Assembly: GCF_006345805.1 (NCBI RefSeq) | Contig: NC_043006.1 | Location: 23,250,001-23,314,000, forward strand | DNA: 64,000 nucleotides | Direction of reading: 5' to 3' | Source of the DNA: Octopus sinensis | Taxonomy: Eukaryota | In this document: positions 24,928 through 37,708 of the stretch, piece by piece | How the letters are laid out: every line of letters begins with the position of its first letter | Numbering within the stretch: the first letter of the stretch is position 1 | Notes under the pieces: model-generated | What the model was told of the DNA's origin: nothing | The model's database searches: none | What the model saw: the letters and a program-made list of their open reading frames with translations, nothing else | Made by a program: the position numbers and the translations under genes

Positions 24928-25131
24928 CTTTCTTTACTACCCACAAGGGGCTAAACACAGAGAGGACAAACAATGACAGACAAACAGATTAAGTCGATTA
25001 TATCGACTCCAGTACGTAACTGGTACTTATTTAATCGACCCCGAAAGGATGAAAGGCAAAGTCGACCTCGGCGGAATTTGAACTCAGAACGTAGCGGTTG
25101 ACGAAATACCGATAAGCATTTCGCCCGGCGT
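24928..25131 (-). mobile_element. SINE A, slightly 5'-truncated
   Basis: Reverse complement of the 13669 copy. Confidence 0.93.
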
Positions 25132-25142
25132 ATATCAATTAC

Positions 25143-25770
25143 TTATTTTTCTATCTTCAGTCGCATTATTTACACAGACGTATTCGTATACGAAACGTCG
25201 TAACTTTCTATGCCGGCTCTAAATTCTATAGAAAATCTGAAGAGATAAACTTTAAAATGAAAACCACACACCGCTAATAAAAAACATTTACTTATAAACC
25301 ATTAATATACTTTGATAGTACATATTATGGTTGCAAAACGAAATACTGCGTCCCTACCAGCAATTAATATATATGTACTAGTTGCTAGGAATGTGTTTAA
25401 TATATAAATTGGTCTATCCAGTAGTGTTACACCGGAAACTTTGTATTTATTTAAGCAATGTATTCATGGATACTTATTGGGTTGGATGTGGTACTGAAGA
25501 AAGAGCAATAACTCCTGAAATATACATATACCCACATTATTTTTCTATCTTCGATCGCACTGTTTACATAGACATATTCGTATACGAAATGTCATAACAT
25601 TCAGTGCCCTCTCTAAATTCTATGGAAAATGTGAAGGGATACACTTAAATATGAAAGCAACACACTGCTAATACGAAAGTAGGACACAGTATTAACTTAT
25701 AAATCTTTAATATACTTGACAGTAAATTATGGTTGCAAAAAAGAAACACAGTGTCCCTACCAGCAATTAA
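25143..25770. repeat. Old local tandem duplication (~225-bp homology, ~395-bp period)
   Basis: 25143-25367 aligns with 25537-25770 (ttctatctt...cgtatacgaaa...ttatggttgcaaaa...gtccctaccagcaattaa). Confidence 0.85.
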
Positions 25771-26289
25771 CACACACACACACACAAATATGTATGCAAA
25801 TACTGTATTATGTGTATATGTATAGACGTATATATGTATAAATACACACAGACATACAGACACATACACTGATATAATGAGCTGTGGTAAAGAATGAATG
25901 GGTGAAATCGCTCCCGTTGTGAAGTTAGTCAAATCTAAGGCAATAAATAGAACAGAAGGTCAAAGGGTACCGACACCTTTCGGAAACATTGATGTTTAGC
26001 ATTTAGCAAATATTTCCCTTTGAATTTATTCATTCATTCATTTATTTATTTTGTTATAGCCCTTACTGCTGATATATACACCTACCACCGAATCATACAA
26101 TTAATTGTAGAGCCCTAGAAATATTTTTGCCTTTTTGCTGGTGTGAGGTATCCCTATTCGTAGAGTCCATACTGGAGAGGATAGGACACTACCAATATTA
26201 TATTGATATTTTATGGTGTGTGTATGTGTATGTGTAACTAAGTAAGTACGTATGCATGTATGTATGTGTATATATGTATGTAAAATATG

Positions 26290-26349
<60 letters not shown>

Positions 26350-26360
26350 TAAAATATATA

Positions 26361-26600
26361 TAATATATATTTTTTAATTATTAATTTAAACTTATAAATT
26401 TTAATATATATATATGTATATATATATATTTTATCTTTATTATTATTTTTATTTTAAATTCTTTTATTTTATTTTTTAATTATATATTTATTTATCTAAT
26501 TTTTATTTTTTTTTATAATATATATAACTATCAAAAAGTATTAAAAAGTTTAATAAAAGATAAAAGTAATTGATTAGCCTAATAGTGGTTTTATCTCTAA

Positions 26601-26654
<54 letters not shown>

Positions 26655-26965
26655 ATATATATATATATAATATATATATAAATATATTTTTTAATTATTA
26701 ATTTAAACTTATAAATTTTAATATATATATATGTATATATATATATATTTTATCTTTATTATTATTTTTATTTTAAATTCTTTTATTTTATTTTTTAATT
26801 ATTAATTTAAACTTATAAATTTTAATATATATATATATATATATATTTATTTATCTAATTTTTATTTTTTTTTATAAATATATATAACTATCAAAAAGTA
26901 TTAAAAAGTTTAATAAAAGATAAAAGTAATTGATTAGCCTAATAGTGGTTTTATCTCTAATTTAA
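26361..26965. repeat. Near-identical duplication of an extremely AT-rich ~250-bp block between (TA)n tracts
   Basis: aaaagtaattgattagcctaatagtggttttatctctaat occurs twice (about 26565 and 26925). Confidence 0.85.
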
Positions 26966-26968
26966 TAT

Positions 26969-27036
<68 letters not shown>

Positions 27037-27369
27037 ACTAGGTAAGGATGTGCATGTTCATACATATAGTACGTACGTACGTATGTATGTATGTATGTGT
27101 GTGTGTGTGTGTATGTGTGTATGTATGTATGTATGTATGTATGTATGTATGTATGTATGTATGTATGTATGTTGTATGTATGTATGCATGTATCAATGGA
27201 TAGATGGATGGATGGATGGATGGCTGCTTATTTTTAATTATTAAAATTCCTTCCAGAATGAGGGAGCTGGTTTCCAACAGAATCCGCATCACTAGATTTT
27301 AGATAACAAGTGCAATAATTATTTACATTATTTACATTTGTTGACTCGTGCAATAATTGTTACACATTG

Positions 27370-27770
27370 AACCTGAAGAAAGTATTATCTGTTTCGAATG
27401 TGCTTCTCACAGGTTGTATCCATAAAGTTCGCCAGTTTGTTTCTTTCTTTGAAAATTCTAGCTTAACCAAATACACCAACAATTATTAGGATAAATATGG
27501 ACTTATAATCAAAGCAGAGGAGCGAAAGGTTTCGAAGCAGTCCATTAACTCTGTCCTTCTTACTGGTTTTAGAAGCAATGGTCACATCTGCAAGGTACCT
27601 GGTTTTTCTTTTCAGTCCCAGACAACTATGTCAGATCTGTTTAGTTTGCACTTAATAGAAGTTTTGATGAGAATGTTCCACTGTGATAATCTTTCTCTAT
27701 AAAATTAGTTCATTATTTACAATAATAAATCTCAGAGCGAGTTATAAACAGTAGCTACAACACATCGTGA
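27370..27770 (-). mobile_element. Decayed R4-like RLE fragment, same type as 48339
   Basis: Minus frames: HDV..TVYNSL; WNILIKTSIKCKLNRSDIVVWD*KEK; IIVGVFG. Confidence 0.8.
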
Positions 27771-27887
27771 CGTATATTTGCCATTTAAATATGGCTAACC
27801 CCTAAGGGTGGATGCTACTGTAGTTTGTCGCCCCAGGAGGTAGCATCCACTCTTAGGGGTTAGCCATATTTAAATGGCAAATATACG
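27771..27887. repeat. 48-bp inverted repeat (47/48) with 21-nt spacer
   Basis: 27771-27818 versus 27840-27887; abuts a PLE-type pLTR segment. Confidence 0.92.
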
Positions 27888-27934
27888 TACATTATTTACA
27901 TTTGACGATATTTGTTCCAGTCTTGTTTGTTGTT

Positions 27935-27980
27935 AACACAATGTTTCGGCTGATATACCCTCCATCCTTCATCAGATGTC
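27935..27980 (-). ncRNA. Decayed canonical-core minimal hammerhead in a PLE-type pLTR
   Basis: rc: GACAT-CTGATGA-A-GGATG(gagggtatat)CAGCC-GAA-ACAT-T-GTGTT; one stem II mismatch; the stem III ACGT palindrome is mutated to ACAT. Confidence 0.6.
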
Positions 27981-28051
27981 TTGGGGAAATTTCGAACCTA
28001 GGTTCTCATTCCTAAGGTATTTTTCGTTGTTGTTGTTGTTGTTGTTGGAAA

Positions 28052-28240
28052 AATGGAGACCACCTCCCGCTGTGGGATGAAGTTAAAATAATAGACAGAG
28101 AACACCACTGGAAAATAGGAAAAATAAAAGAAGCAGTACATATGCTAGGACACAACAACCTCATAAGCAGACCGAGTGCAGATATGAATAGCATATGGGA
28201 ATCGGTATTAAGGAAGGATAGGAAAATATTAGATTTATAA
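28052..28240 (+). mobile_element. Penelope GIY-YIG endonuclease C-terminal remnant
   Basis: NGDHLPLWDEVKIIDREHHWKIGKIKEAVHM...SIWESVLRK*, matching the H...W..VKIIDRE..W..RKIKEA pattern. Confidence 0.78.
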
Positions 28241-28269
28241 GCCCTAAAATTCACTCCATAATTGCCCAC

Positions 28270-28325
28270 GGGCATATGGCGTAGTAGTTAAGAGCGCGGG
28301 CTACTAACCCCAAGATTCCGAGTTC
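28270..28325 (+). mobile_element. Isolated tRNA-like SINE head of another family
   Basis: gggcatatggcgtagtagttaagagcgcgggc...ccgagttcc, then truncated. Confidence 0.55.
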
Positions 28326-28759
28326 CGTGACAACTTCCTCTCTGTTTTCAGAGTTACTTTGCTGTAACTACCATCACTTATAAAACTTGCCAATTTTTCC
28401 GAGTAGTCAGACTTGTTTATCACCACTGTAGCATTTCCTCATTTTAAGCTGTTGTGTAGAAAATGAGCACTTACTTCATTCCATATGTAATATGATTTTA
28501 GGCTTCGATCAAATATCTAAAGATACATGGTACAATATCTTAAAACGATGGTGCAATAATGAAACAAGTCAGAAATTGCCTACAGATATTTATAATACAG
28601 TTTTATACAATGAAAGTACAAACATAACACAAGTTTGTGCTTGTAACTTACTTGAAATTTTTTGAAAAAGTATAAAATCTAGAACATGTTGAACTTATTT
28701 ATCAGTATAATTTTAAACTTCAATAGTGTCACACCCATGTTGTTAAGATAAATGATCGT

Positions 28760-29741
28760 GACATTAGAAATCCCAAGAAAAAGTGCCACTGAAAAACAGA
28801 CCTTCATATAGAAGAAAGAAACCTAAGGCTCTAGCAAAGCAGTTGCAAAGGGAGAATGAGACTGAAGAGCAGTGATAAGAAAGTCTCCAAAATAATAAGA
28901 AAGTACATCGAAATGTAGGCAAAATGAATCAGAATAACAAAGATCAAAAACGCTCACTGATGATTAGGACAAGGAAAACAACTATTCTTCAAGAATCGAT
29001 GTACTAAGATCATTAAGACTTCGAGAACAAAGCGTAAGTAGTGCACAGAATCAACATGATGAATCAGACGAGCAACGCACCAAGAGAGTTGCAGATAATA
29101 TGATTAGGAAGACAAATTATTATGAAGTAGAATCAGAAGCAAGAAAGTCATCAAGATTGCAGTTAGAGAGAAACAGAGCAGCTCAAAGGCGGCTTGAAGA
29201 AACTGAAGCTCAAATAACTCAGAGGTTATGTGAACAGGGAGCTAGAACAGAAGAATTACGATTTAAAAAGGTTGCTGAATGGAATTTTGTCATAGAAACT
29301 ACTATACTCTCTCGATGTAGAGCAGATGATAATGTATTCATTTCAATAATTCTGTTAATACCAACTGATTTAACAGTACAGTTTAAAAGTATGCAATTTC
29401 CAGTTAGACTAAGTTTTGCAATGCCCATCAACAAATTTCAGAGACAGACATTATCAGTGAGTAGTTTGCAATTAGAAGAATCTTGCTTCTCTCATAGACA
29501 ACTGTATATTGGATGGTCACTGGGCAATTCAAACTGGGAAAAACTCATGATGTTGTGCATAAAAAAAGTGTTATTATAACTGTGTTTTCTGCTTCAAGTT
29601 CATTATTGTTGATGATCTCACAGAATTTGTTATGCCAGTAACAATCACCAATCACAATAAATATTAAGAAAATATATCAAGTTTAGAATGAAATTTATTT
29701 TCGTTATTTTCTATTCGGGCAACGCCTGGTACTTCTATTAG
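28760..29741 (+). mobile_element. Internally deleted Helitron (N-terminal repeats joined to Pif1 helicase C-terminus)
   Basis: R..ETE.Q...RL repeats followed by IPTDLTVQFKSMQFPVRLSFAMPINKFQRQTL...CFSHRQLY; 3' hairpin cgggcaacgcctgg then TTAG|T (decayed CTAG|T). 5' end not located. Confidence 0.85.
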
Positions 29742-30447
29742 TAAGTATATATTCAAGAACGGAAGTCTTGTTTTATATTTATCGCAGGACATTGTTATCT
29801 GTGGATGACAATGTATATTGTTTTACTGGGAAGTAGAACCTCATTGAATTTTTTTAGGTAGCTACTGATGGGTTATACCCTTCACAGGTGAACAGATTAA
29901 TTGATATTTGCAGTTGCATCCTGGGGATTTAAGGGCTTCAGAGACACGTTTGTTCATTAAATATTTCGTAGTTAACTCTTGCTCTTCCCATCTTTCCTAC
30001 ACAATAGCCATTCCTTCAGTGCTCTGCTTGTTATAACCAGAAATGACTCAGACAAAAGTGGCATTAATTTTCTTATGTCGTTCAATTTGCCTCAAACGAT
30101 CAATAGACCAATTGAGTAAACCTATCAATAATGTACCTCTAATGACTACTGGAAACAGCTGTAAGCCAAATTTGCTCCAATAAAGGAATAATATGTGACG
30201 ACCATTATTTGTAACTTGTTTCGTATGTATCACTCTGTGTAAAAACCAATTTTTCTGCAGCCCATCCACTGATTTACAATATAGAATTGGGATGAACCAT
30301 AACACTGGACCCTAACAAAAGATTACCTGGAGTGCTTCACTAATTCAAATAATATTGTTAGTCTGGTGTACCAACAGAGAGCTTATGAAGTATTTTGCCC
30401 AGATCAATAATACCACACCATTTGTTCTACACACACACACACACATA

Positions 30448-30830
30448 GGCGCAGGGAGGGCAGTGTGGTAAGTAGCTTGCTTACCAACCACATGGTTCCG
30501 GGTTCAGTCCAATGCGTGGCACCTTGGGCAAGTGTCTTCTACTATAGCCTCGGGCCGAGCAAAGCCTTGTGAGTGGATTTTGTAAAAGGAAAGTGAAAGA
30601 AGCCCGTCGTATATATATGTATATGTTTGAGTGTCTGTCTTTGTCCGCGCCACACTCGCTTGACAACCGATGCTAGGGTTTTCGTCCCCGTAACTTATCG
30701 GTTCGGCAAAAGAAACCGATAGAATAAGTACTAGGCGTACAAAGAATAAGTCCTGGGGTCGATTTGTTCGACTAAAGGCGATGCTCCAGTATGGCTGCCG
30801 TCAAATGACTGATACAAATAAAGGAGTAAA
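30448..30830 (+). mobile_element. SINE B
   Basis: Head, body and tail as at 12202. Confidence 0.9.
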
Positions 30831-31833
30831 ACGAATAAGCGTATATATATTAATTTAATATATTAAGTATAGGAAAGAATGGAGCTGAACGAAGATTTAT
30901 GCCCTATGGTCGTAACTTCAACCGTGCTTTTTCTGTTGTGAGTTTGCTACCCAGGTATCGGTTATCTTTCGAATTATCTGTAATAAGATAATTCATTTGT
31001 CTACTTATATATATATATATATATATACGCGTATGTGTGTATATATATATGCATATGTATGTGCCTAAATACTTCCACTTGTTCGTATGTATCTACGCAC
31101 TAACACACGTATCCAGGTTTAGACAGGCTTGTGCGCGCGTACACGCCCGTACTGACATACACATGTATATGTGTGTGTATGTCTGTGTATGCGTGAGTGT
31201 GTGTGTGTGTGTTGTGTGTGTGTGTGTGTGTGTGTTGCGAGTACATAAATGAACATACGAGAAAGTTAATATATCGCGTGTGGGAGGGGGTGGTTAAGTT
31301 CTTGACGTTCGCATTAAAAGGCGGGAGGAATGTGTGAATATATCGAAATATAGAATGGGGAGAAATCTAAAGGAATCTGTGCGTTTCGTAGAGAAGGAAT
31401 GATTAGAGGCGTTTGTGGGCGGAGAGATGAAGTAGGTTAGTTAGACTGTGGCTGGAGTAAGTGAAACGACATGGAAAAAATTGAGTAGAGGGGAAACACC
31501 AGCATCACTGGGGTGTATATATATGAATATATTTATGTATGTATATATGTATCTATATAGCTCCTTCTCTCTCTATTCCTATATATATATATCTCATGGT
31601 ACGATAAGAACATTTAACGTGGTTTTTAAAGTCAGGGTTTTGACTGCTATTTCGGCATGGTGGTGTCTCTCAGACACCCTTATTTTTAGTGGTAAAAAAT
31701 TATGACCTTTGTATGGTATTTTTCCCGTGCTGCCACTTGATAATATCGATATTTAAATATCGATATTATCCTTATTTTATAAATTTATATATATATAATA
31801 TATATGTATATATATATATATATATACACGCAT

Positions 31834-31909
<76 letters not shown>

Positions 31910-31918
<9 letters not shown>

Positions 31919-32095
31919 AAATCCGTTCTGTCTCTGTGTGTGGTGTACCTTCTCGGATCACGGGCATCCCCCATCCGATTGCGCTCAAATTTGATAAGTA
32001 GATATCGACGGTATCAGGGCGTGTATAAGTTTTGAAAAAATTACAAAAATCGATTCTAGTTGAAAATACGATCGATAAAGCCGTTTTTGTCCTGC
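31910..32095 (+). mobile_element. Probable Helitron 5' subterminal fragment
   Basis: tatataaaa-tccgttctgtctctgtgtgt...ccgattgcgctcaaatttg resembles the 5' organisation of the Helitrons at 34074 and 50745; no 3' end found. Confidence 0.45.
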
Positions 32096-32441
32096 TTTTC
32101 TTCCGTCAATCTGTAAATAACTGCACCTTCCATTCTTTGTTGCTTTTGTACTGCTTAAAGGCACGTTTCTTTCCTGCCAAGCTTACTGTTTAAACCATGT
32201 TTGTGTTCTCCCAGCTTTATCATTACTGGTACTTTAAACTCTTCGGTTGCATATTTGTGTGAATAAGATAGTTTTTCTTTGGAATAGAAAAAAAGTCTAT
32301 CTTTATTTCTTCTTAGGTTAAATCAGTGTTTCTCAAAAGGGAGGCCTATGGGACGATCGGATAAGTTGTTTTGAGAAAATTGGCTTAAATGTTTGACAAC
32401 TCAGCACCGTCCATTAGACGGGGGGCGTTTTGCTCGTATAT

Positions 32442-32492
<51 letters not shown>

Positions 32493-32581
32493 TATTATCG
32501 GGCGGTTTTAAGCTAGCTCCTGTGAGGGGCGCTTCATTAGACCTTGGGCCCAACAATGACACTTCATGCATTGAGTACATT

Positions 32582-32800
32582 CTTTTATTTTTTTATTTGT
32601 TTCAGTCATCCGACAGCGGTCATACTGGAGCACCGACTTTAGTCGAGCAAATCAACCCCAGAGCTTATTCTTTGTAAGCCTAGTATTTATTCTATCGGTT
32701 ACTTTTGCCGAACCGCTAAGTTACGGAGACGTAAACACATCAGCATCGGTTTGTCAAGCGATGTTGGGGGCAAACACAGACACACAAATACACATACACA
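32582..32800 (-). mobile_element. SINE B 3' half
   Basis: tttgtttcagtcat...ctggagcacc...gccgaaccgctaagttacg. Confidence 0.85.
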
Positions 32801-32841
32801 CACCCAACACACACACACACACACACTATATATATATTATA

Positions 32842-32879
<38 letters not shown>

Positions 32880-32881
32880 CA

Positions 32882-33230
32882 CTAGCACTATGAGCCGGCG
32901 TTGCCGAGTCATAGAGCTAGTGCATGCATATACAGCTGCGTGTGTGCGCACGTACACGCGAGTACTGTCCAAATCTCCGACCAATCACATACAGTTTGCT
33001 GGCATTCAATTGGCGTATCAAGTTTCGGGCATTTTGATTGGGTTTTGGATAGAAAATTCACAAAAATGTCACTTCTATTGATTTTTAAATGGCTTTGCGG
33101 AGTGACTGAGGAAATGTAAAGATGTGCACGACCACCCTTGGACGGTTTTGAATGACCATAGAAAGTGCAAGCCCTCTAACAATTGTGGATTTGTATAAAG
33201 GACACCCTTACATACATTTTGCCGTTTATA
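32882..33230 (-). mobile_element. Short non-coding Helitron segment
   Basis: rc ends ctatgactcggcaacgccggctcatagtgCTAG|T (strong hairpin); no 5' TC, abuts the next Helitron. Confidence 0.75.
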
Positions 33231-34074
33231 CTAGCAGAATTGCCCGGCGTTGCTCGGGGCTGAATTGCTTGAAAGTACTGTTAATGATTGCACTGAATTA
33301 TGATGATTATTCAGGCAAATATTGATATAAGTTTACGGTGGGAGATAAGGACTTAACGCTAAAACGTGTGCCATTGCATTGTTTTGGGGGAACCAAATTT
33401 CTGATGAGCATTATAGGGGCACCAACTTTAAGTTTGAGAAAGTGTGGTGGTAGTCCGGGGTGCTCAAAGGAATTGAGTACCTCTATTGGATAGTTGATGA
33501 CGTCCTCTGGGTCAGGAGTTGTATCGATAGACTGATATACATAGACTTCTCCAGGAATGAGTTTTAGCATTTCATCATTAATATGGTGAACAGTTTATTC
33601 CTCGGGGCCAGTATAGCCTTTTTGCCAATCCAATCCATATTCTGATAATTAGCTTGTAGATCTGGGAACACTGCATCTCTGAGATCAGAAGGCGTCTTAA
33701 CAATGGTACAAATGGAATCGATGGCAATATTACCATTTTCATCCCCTGGTATTTTGCCTTCGCCAAGTGCAAGGAGGGTGTGAGGAAATGCTGTTGATGT
33801 GATATTACGTCGCATATGAGCACGAATATTGGTGTGAAGTTTGAGAGTTACTTCCCTTTATTAAAAAATATGCATTAAAATGGAAAAAAATGATGGTAAA
33901 TTATTTGTAAAATCGTAGGCTAATCGTAGACGCGTGCTAATACCCAGAAGGGGTCGATATGAATCACGACTATAAGATACCCGGTTTTGGTTAAACTGCA
34001 TCGCAAAATGTGGGAGTAGTTAGGAATCTAAATCGGAGTAGACAGACACACAACCTTTCTTTTATATATAAAGA
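33231..34074 (-). mobile_element. Complete non-autonomous Helitron (844 bp) with Pif1 helicase remnant
   Basis: A|TCTTTATATATAAAAG 5' end; hairpin cccgagcaacgccggg then CTAG|T; YPIEVLNSFEHPGLPPHFLKLKVGAPIMLIRNL.PPKQCNGTR and AILAPRN motifs. Confidence 0.95.
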
Positions 34075-34321
34075 TTTTCGTCCTAAAAAACTTTGTATGG
34101 ATTGAATGGTTACCTCTATGGAAATATATACACGCACATTATACATACATGTGTGTATAGATGAATATATAAATACATTTAAATATCTATATACACTTTG
34201 GGTGATCTTTCTGTTTCTTAGAGATAACTTTAGATCTTATTTTCGTCCTAAAAAACTTTGTATGGAGTGAATGGTTACCTCTATGGAAATATATACACGC
34301 ACATTATACATACATGTGTGC

Positions 34322-34421
34322 NNNNNNNNNNNNNNNNNNNNNNNNNNNNNNNNNNNNNNNNNNNNNNNNNNNNNNNNNNNNNNNNNNNNNNNNNNNNNNN
34401 NNNNNNNNNNNNNNNNNNNNN
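34322..34421. other. Assembly gap (100 N)
   Basis: Run of exactly 100 N; true size unknown. Confidence 0.99.
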
Positions 34422-34476
34422 ACAAATAAATGTTTTAAGTAAATCTGATGGTCTTTCTGTGTTTCTGACTGGCTAA

Positions 34477-35100
34477 CTTGTGTCTTCAATGCTGAAATCT
34501 CTTTGGTGTCAGCATATGATTTCAGATCAAAACACTTGCTACGCATATACATCTTAGTAATAAGGAATTCTGGATCTTTTCGGTTTGAACGGCAGTTTTT
34601 TCTAGCGGTGTCATATGAAATTGTCACCCATAATTATGACCCTAGAATCGATCTATTGAATTTCAATCTCTTTTAGGGTTAGGGTTAGTTAGGGTTATGG
34701 TCAGGGGTGGGGGGAAGGGTATCTTTTTTTCTTCACAAATGTAAATAAACCCAATCTGTTTCTTAAACGAGGGACATATTCATACGACACAGAATGTTTT
34801 TTACCTCAATAGACGTCAGTGATTGGTTGAAATTGCAGAAATTGAAGGAAAAAAACAACAGATATCTAACAAACTATAGAATTTTCTCAATAAAGCCGAG
34901 AGAAAAAGATGTTTTATAAACACATTCTACCAGTATACGAAGTTTAAAATTTTTTTAGTTACCTAGAAATTATGTTAAAAACTGCCGTTCAAACCGAAAA
35001 GATCCCTTGTGTCTTCAATGCTGAAATCTCTTTGGTGTCAGCATATGATTTCAGATCAAAACACTTGCTACGCATATACATCTCAGTAATAAGGAATTCT
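34477..35100. repeat. 95-bp direct repeat flanking the MITE
   Basis: 34477-34571 equals 35006-35100 except for one base (tcttag/tctcag). Confidence 0.93.
34572..35005. mobile_element. 434-bp MITE with perfect 29-bp TIRs and internal TTAGGG-like repeats
   Basis: ggatcttttcggtttgaacggcagttttt at both ends, inverted; ttagggttagggttagttagggtt at about 34673-34696. Confidence 0.92.
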
Positions 35101-35399
35101 TACATAACCTATTAACAATTTGACTCTGTGGTTCTTTTTTTTTTTATAAATTTACTGTATCTTTGGATGAAAATGTCTTTTAAAAACATGAAAAACTGCT
35201 ATTTAATCATGTTTATCCAAACATATGATTGTGTGTAGATTTTATCAATCAAACAGAACCGTATACGGGTGTGTCTGCGAGTAGAAACGATATTTTAAAT
35301 GAGAGACTTATTTGACCAATTCTGTTTTCTTTTTATTCTTTTCTTTTTGTTATCGGGCTTTTTCTTTCCTTTAGTTTGTCATTTTTAATTGTAAGCTAT

Positions 35400-35402
35400 T
35401 CC

Positions 35403-35441
<39 letters not shown>

Positions 35442-35485
35442 TGAATGAGTATGAGTGAATGAGTATATCTGTAAGTGTGTATGTA

Positions 35486-35518
<33 letters not shown>

Positions 35519-35720
35519 AGCTTTGTGTGTTTTACAAAACAGGGACGAGAGGATACATTTTAAAATTATTTGCGTAATAGAGAGAGAGAGAGAGAGAGAG
35601 GAGGATAATAGAGAGGGTGTGAGAGTGGGAGAGAGAAGAGGAGGAAAGATCGTGAGAGAGAGATGGTGAGAGAGAGGTGAAAAGAGAGAGACTGAGTGAG
35701 ATACTGCACGCCAATGAAAT
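35400..35720. repeat. (TG)n and (GA)n-rich tract
   Basis: Directly visible. Confidence 0.9.
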
Positions 35721-36256
35721 ATATATATAAAATATAAGAAAATATGACAAGAAGTGTATGTACATATATATATATAGATATATATATATAATATATATAT
35801 GTTGTATGTATGTATGTATGTATATAATGTATGTATGTATGTATATATATATATATATATATACATATATATATTATCCTTCCTCTTTGAAAAGAAGGCT
35901 TACTTAATCTTGACTATTATGTTTTGTAACTGATGTTGTGAGACGTAATTTAGTGAATTTCGTTGATTCATGTCAAGTGTAGAACTGTTGCTTGTTATTC
36001 ATCGGTCACGTCTAAGATGGAAATCTAGCAAAACAAATGTCAAAAATAGCAAGTCAAATGGCGACAATATTGTCAGGTAAATCAACAATAACATGACAGA
36101 CAAAAATAAATCGCGAAAGAAAGTGAAGAAAAAAAGACAAAACGTTAATGGTGGAGTAGAAGAAACCTCTTCTACTTCTCGTCTAAGCAGAGAGGCAGAC
36201 AACATTACATAGTATGTGTGTTTGAATATAGATACATTTATTATGAAGGATTTCAC

Positions 36257-36288
<32 letters not shown>

Positions 36289-36509
36289 AAAAAAAAGAGA
36301 GAGAGAGATAGAGAGAAAGAGTGAGAGAGTGAGAGAGAGTGAGAGAGAGAGAGAGAGAAAATATCAGCTGGTTTTACAATTTCACAGATGAAATAATTTT
36401 ATGATAAAGAATTTCATTTCGAAATGTCATGTTTCCAAAAGTCCATAACCTCGACAAAACGTCTCAAGTAAAGTAATAAATAAATAAAGTAGGGGACAGA
36501 GGCGATAGG

Positions 36510-36546
<37 letters not shown>

Positions 36547-36763
36547 ATATCCATCATCTTGAAGATAAACTTTCCAATAAATAACAACCGAAAGCAAATA
36601 TGATGGCATCCCTGGCAAGCTAGAATGACACGGAGTTGGGAGAAGACGACAATGCAACTGGTTGTTACGTTAAACGAAATATTTTCTAGTGAAGTAACTA
36701 ACGACCAAAACTATAAATTGCCTTCACTTTTTTCTAGCTTTAAGTAGTTGAAGTACTCATACC

Positions 36764-36849
<86 letters not shown>

Positions 36850-37708
36850 AAAGAGCTTCCTCTGTTTCTTTCCGACCATGTCTCTCTCCTGTCTCCGTCA
36901 TTTGGCACCTCATCGTAAGATGATCTCATACAATAACACACAGTTCTTGTGTTGATGCCAATTCTGTTGTGTAAATAGCATAAAGCCATTTCTTTGTGGT
37001 TGGAATATTATGGTTATTTCATTTCAGGAACAGTTCTACATTGCTCCATTTCAGTTACAGAGAGTAAAAAACAATGTTAATTCCAAACTAGTCAAGTCCG
37101 TGGCCTAGTTTCTGTTTCATGTTGTTGCTATCAGAGCAAAGAACCAGGCATAGACAAACAGTGTACCAGGGGCCTCACAAATCTTGGTATTAGCATCTAC
37201 GCGAATGATTTGATTTAAACATTGGAGAACGTATTTATGACTGAGGCGGCAACTTCAAAGGAAGTGTGCAAATTTTCTTGCCGAAATATTCTAGAATCTT
37301 CTGGGCCGACACTTATTTAAGGGCGAGTTAATTCAACATAGGGAGAGCTATTTCGAGATTCGCATGGGTTGATCGTTTACTCCACATGGTACTTTTTCAT
37401 CTCTCATTTTTATCTCCTATTCACACACCTTAAATTTGGAGTGTCAAAAATCAACAAATATATTCATTATATGCATGGTCATAATGCTCTTTATCACTTT
37501 TACAATATTAATTAATTGGATATAAACTCAGCGAGGCGGGTAAATAAAATATTTGAAAACTCAAATAAATTTTAGTGCTATTTTCAAAAGACAGCTAAAA
37601 TCGCACTAAAAGTATACATGTTGTGACAAATACGTTGAATGTATGCATAATGAGCTCCACTGCACTGCTGTGCCCAGGGGCCCATAATACGATTAAGATT
37701 ATCTTATC

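Noticed and set aside
25170-25203. Hammerhead-like TTAC-ACAGAC-GTAT/ATAC-GAA-ACGT-C-GTAA
   Set aside because: Stems fit, but the core is 6 nt and unlike CUGANGA or any 3-8 swap; the duplicate at about 25565 has lost the stems.
34075-34320. 81-bp direct repeat with 165-bp period before the gap
   Set aside because: It ends at the N run; it cannot be distinguished from contig-end overlap or a collapsed tandem repeat.
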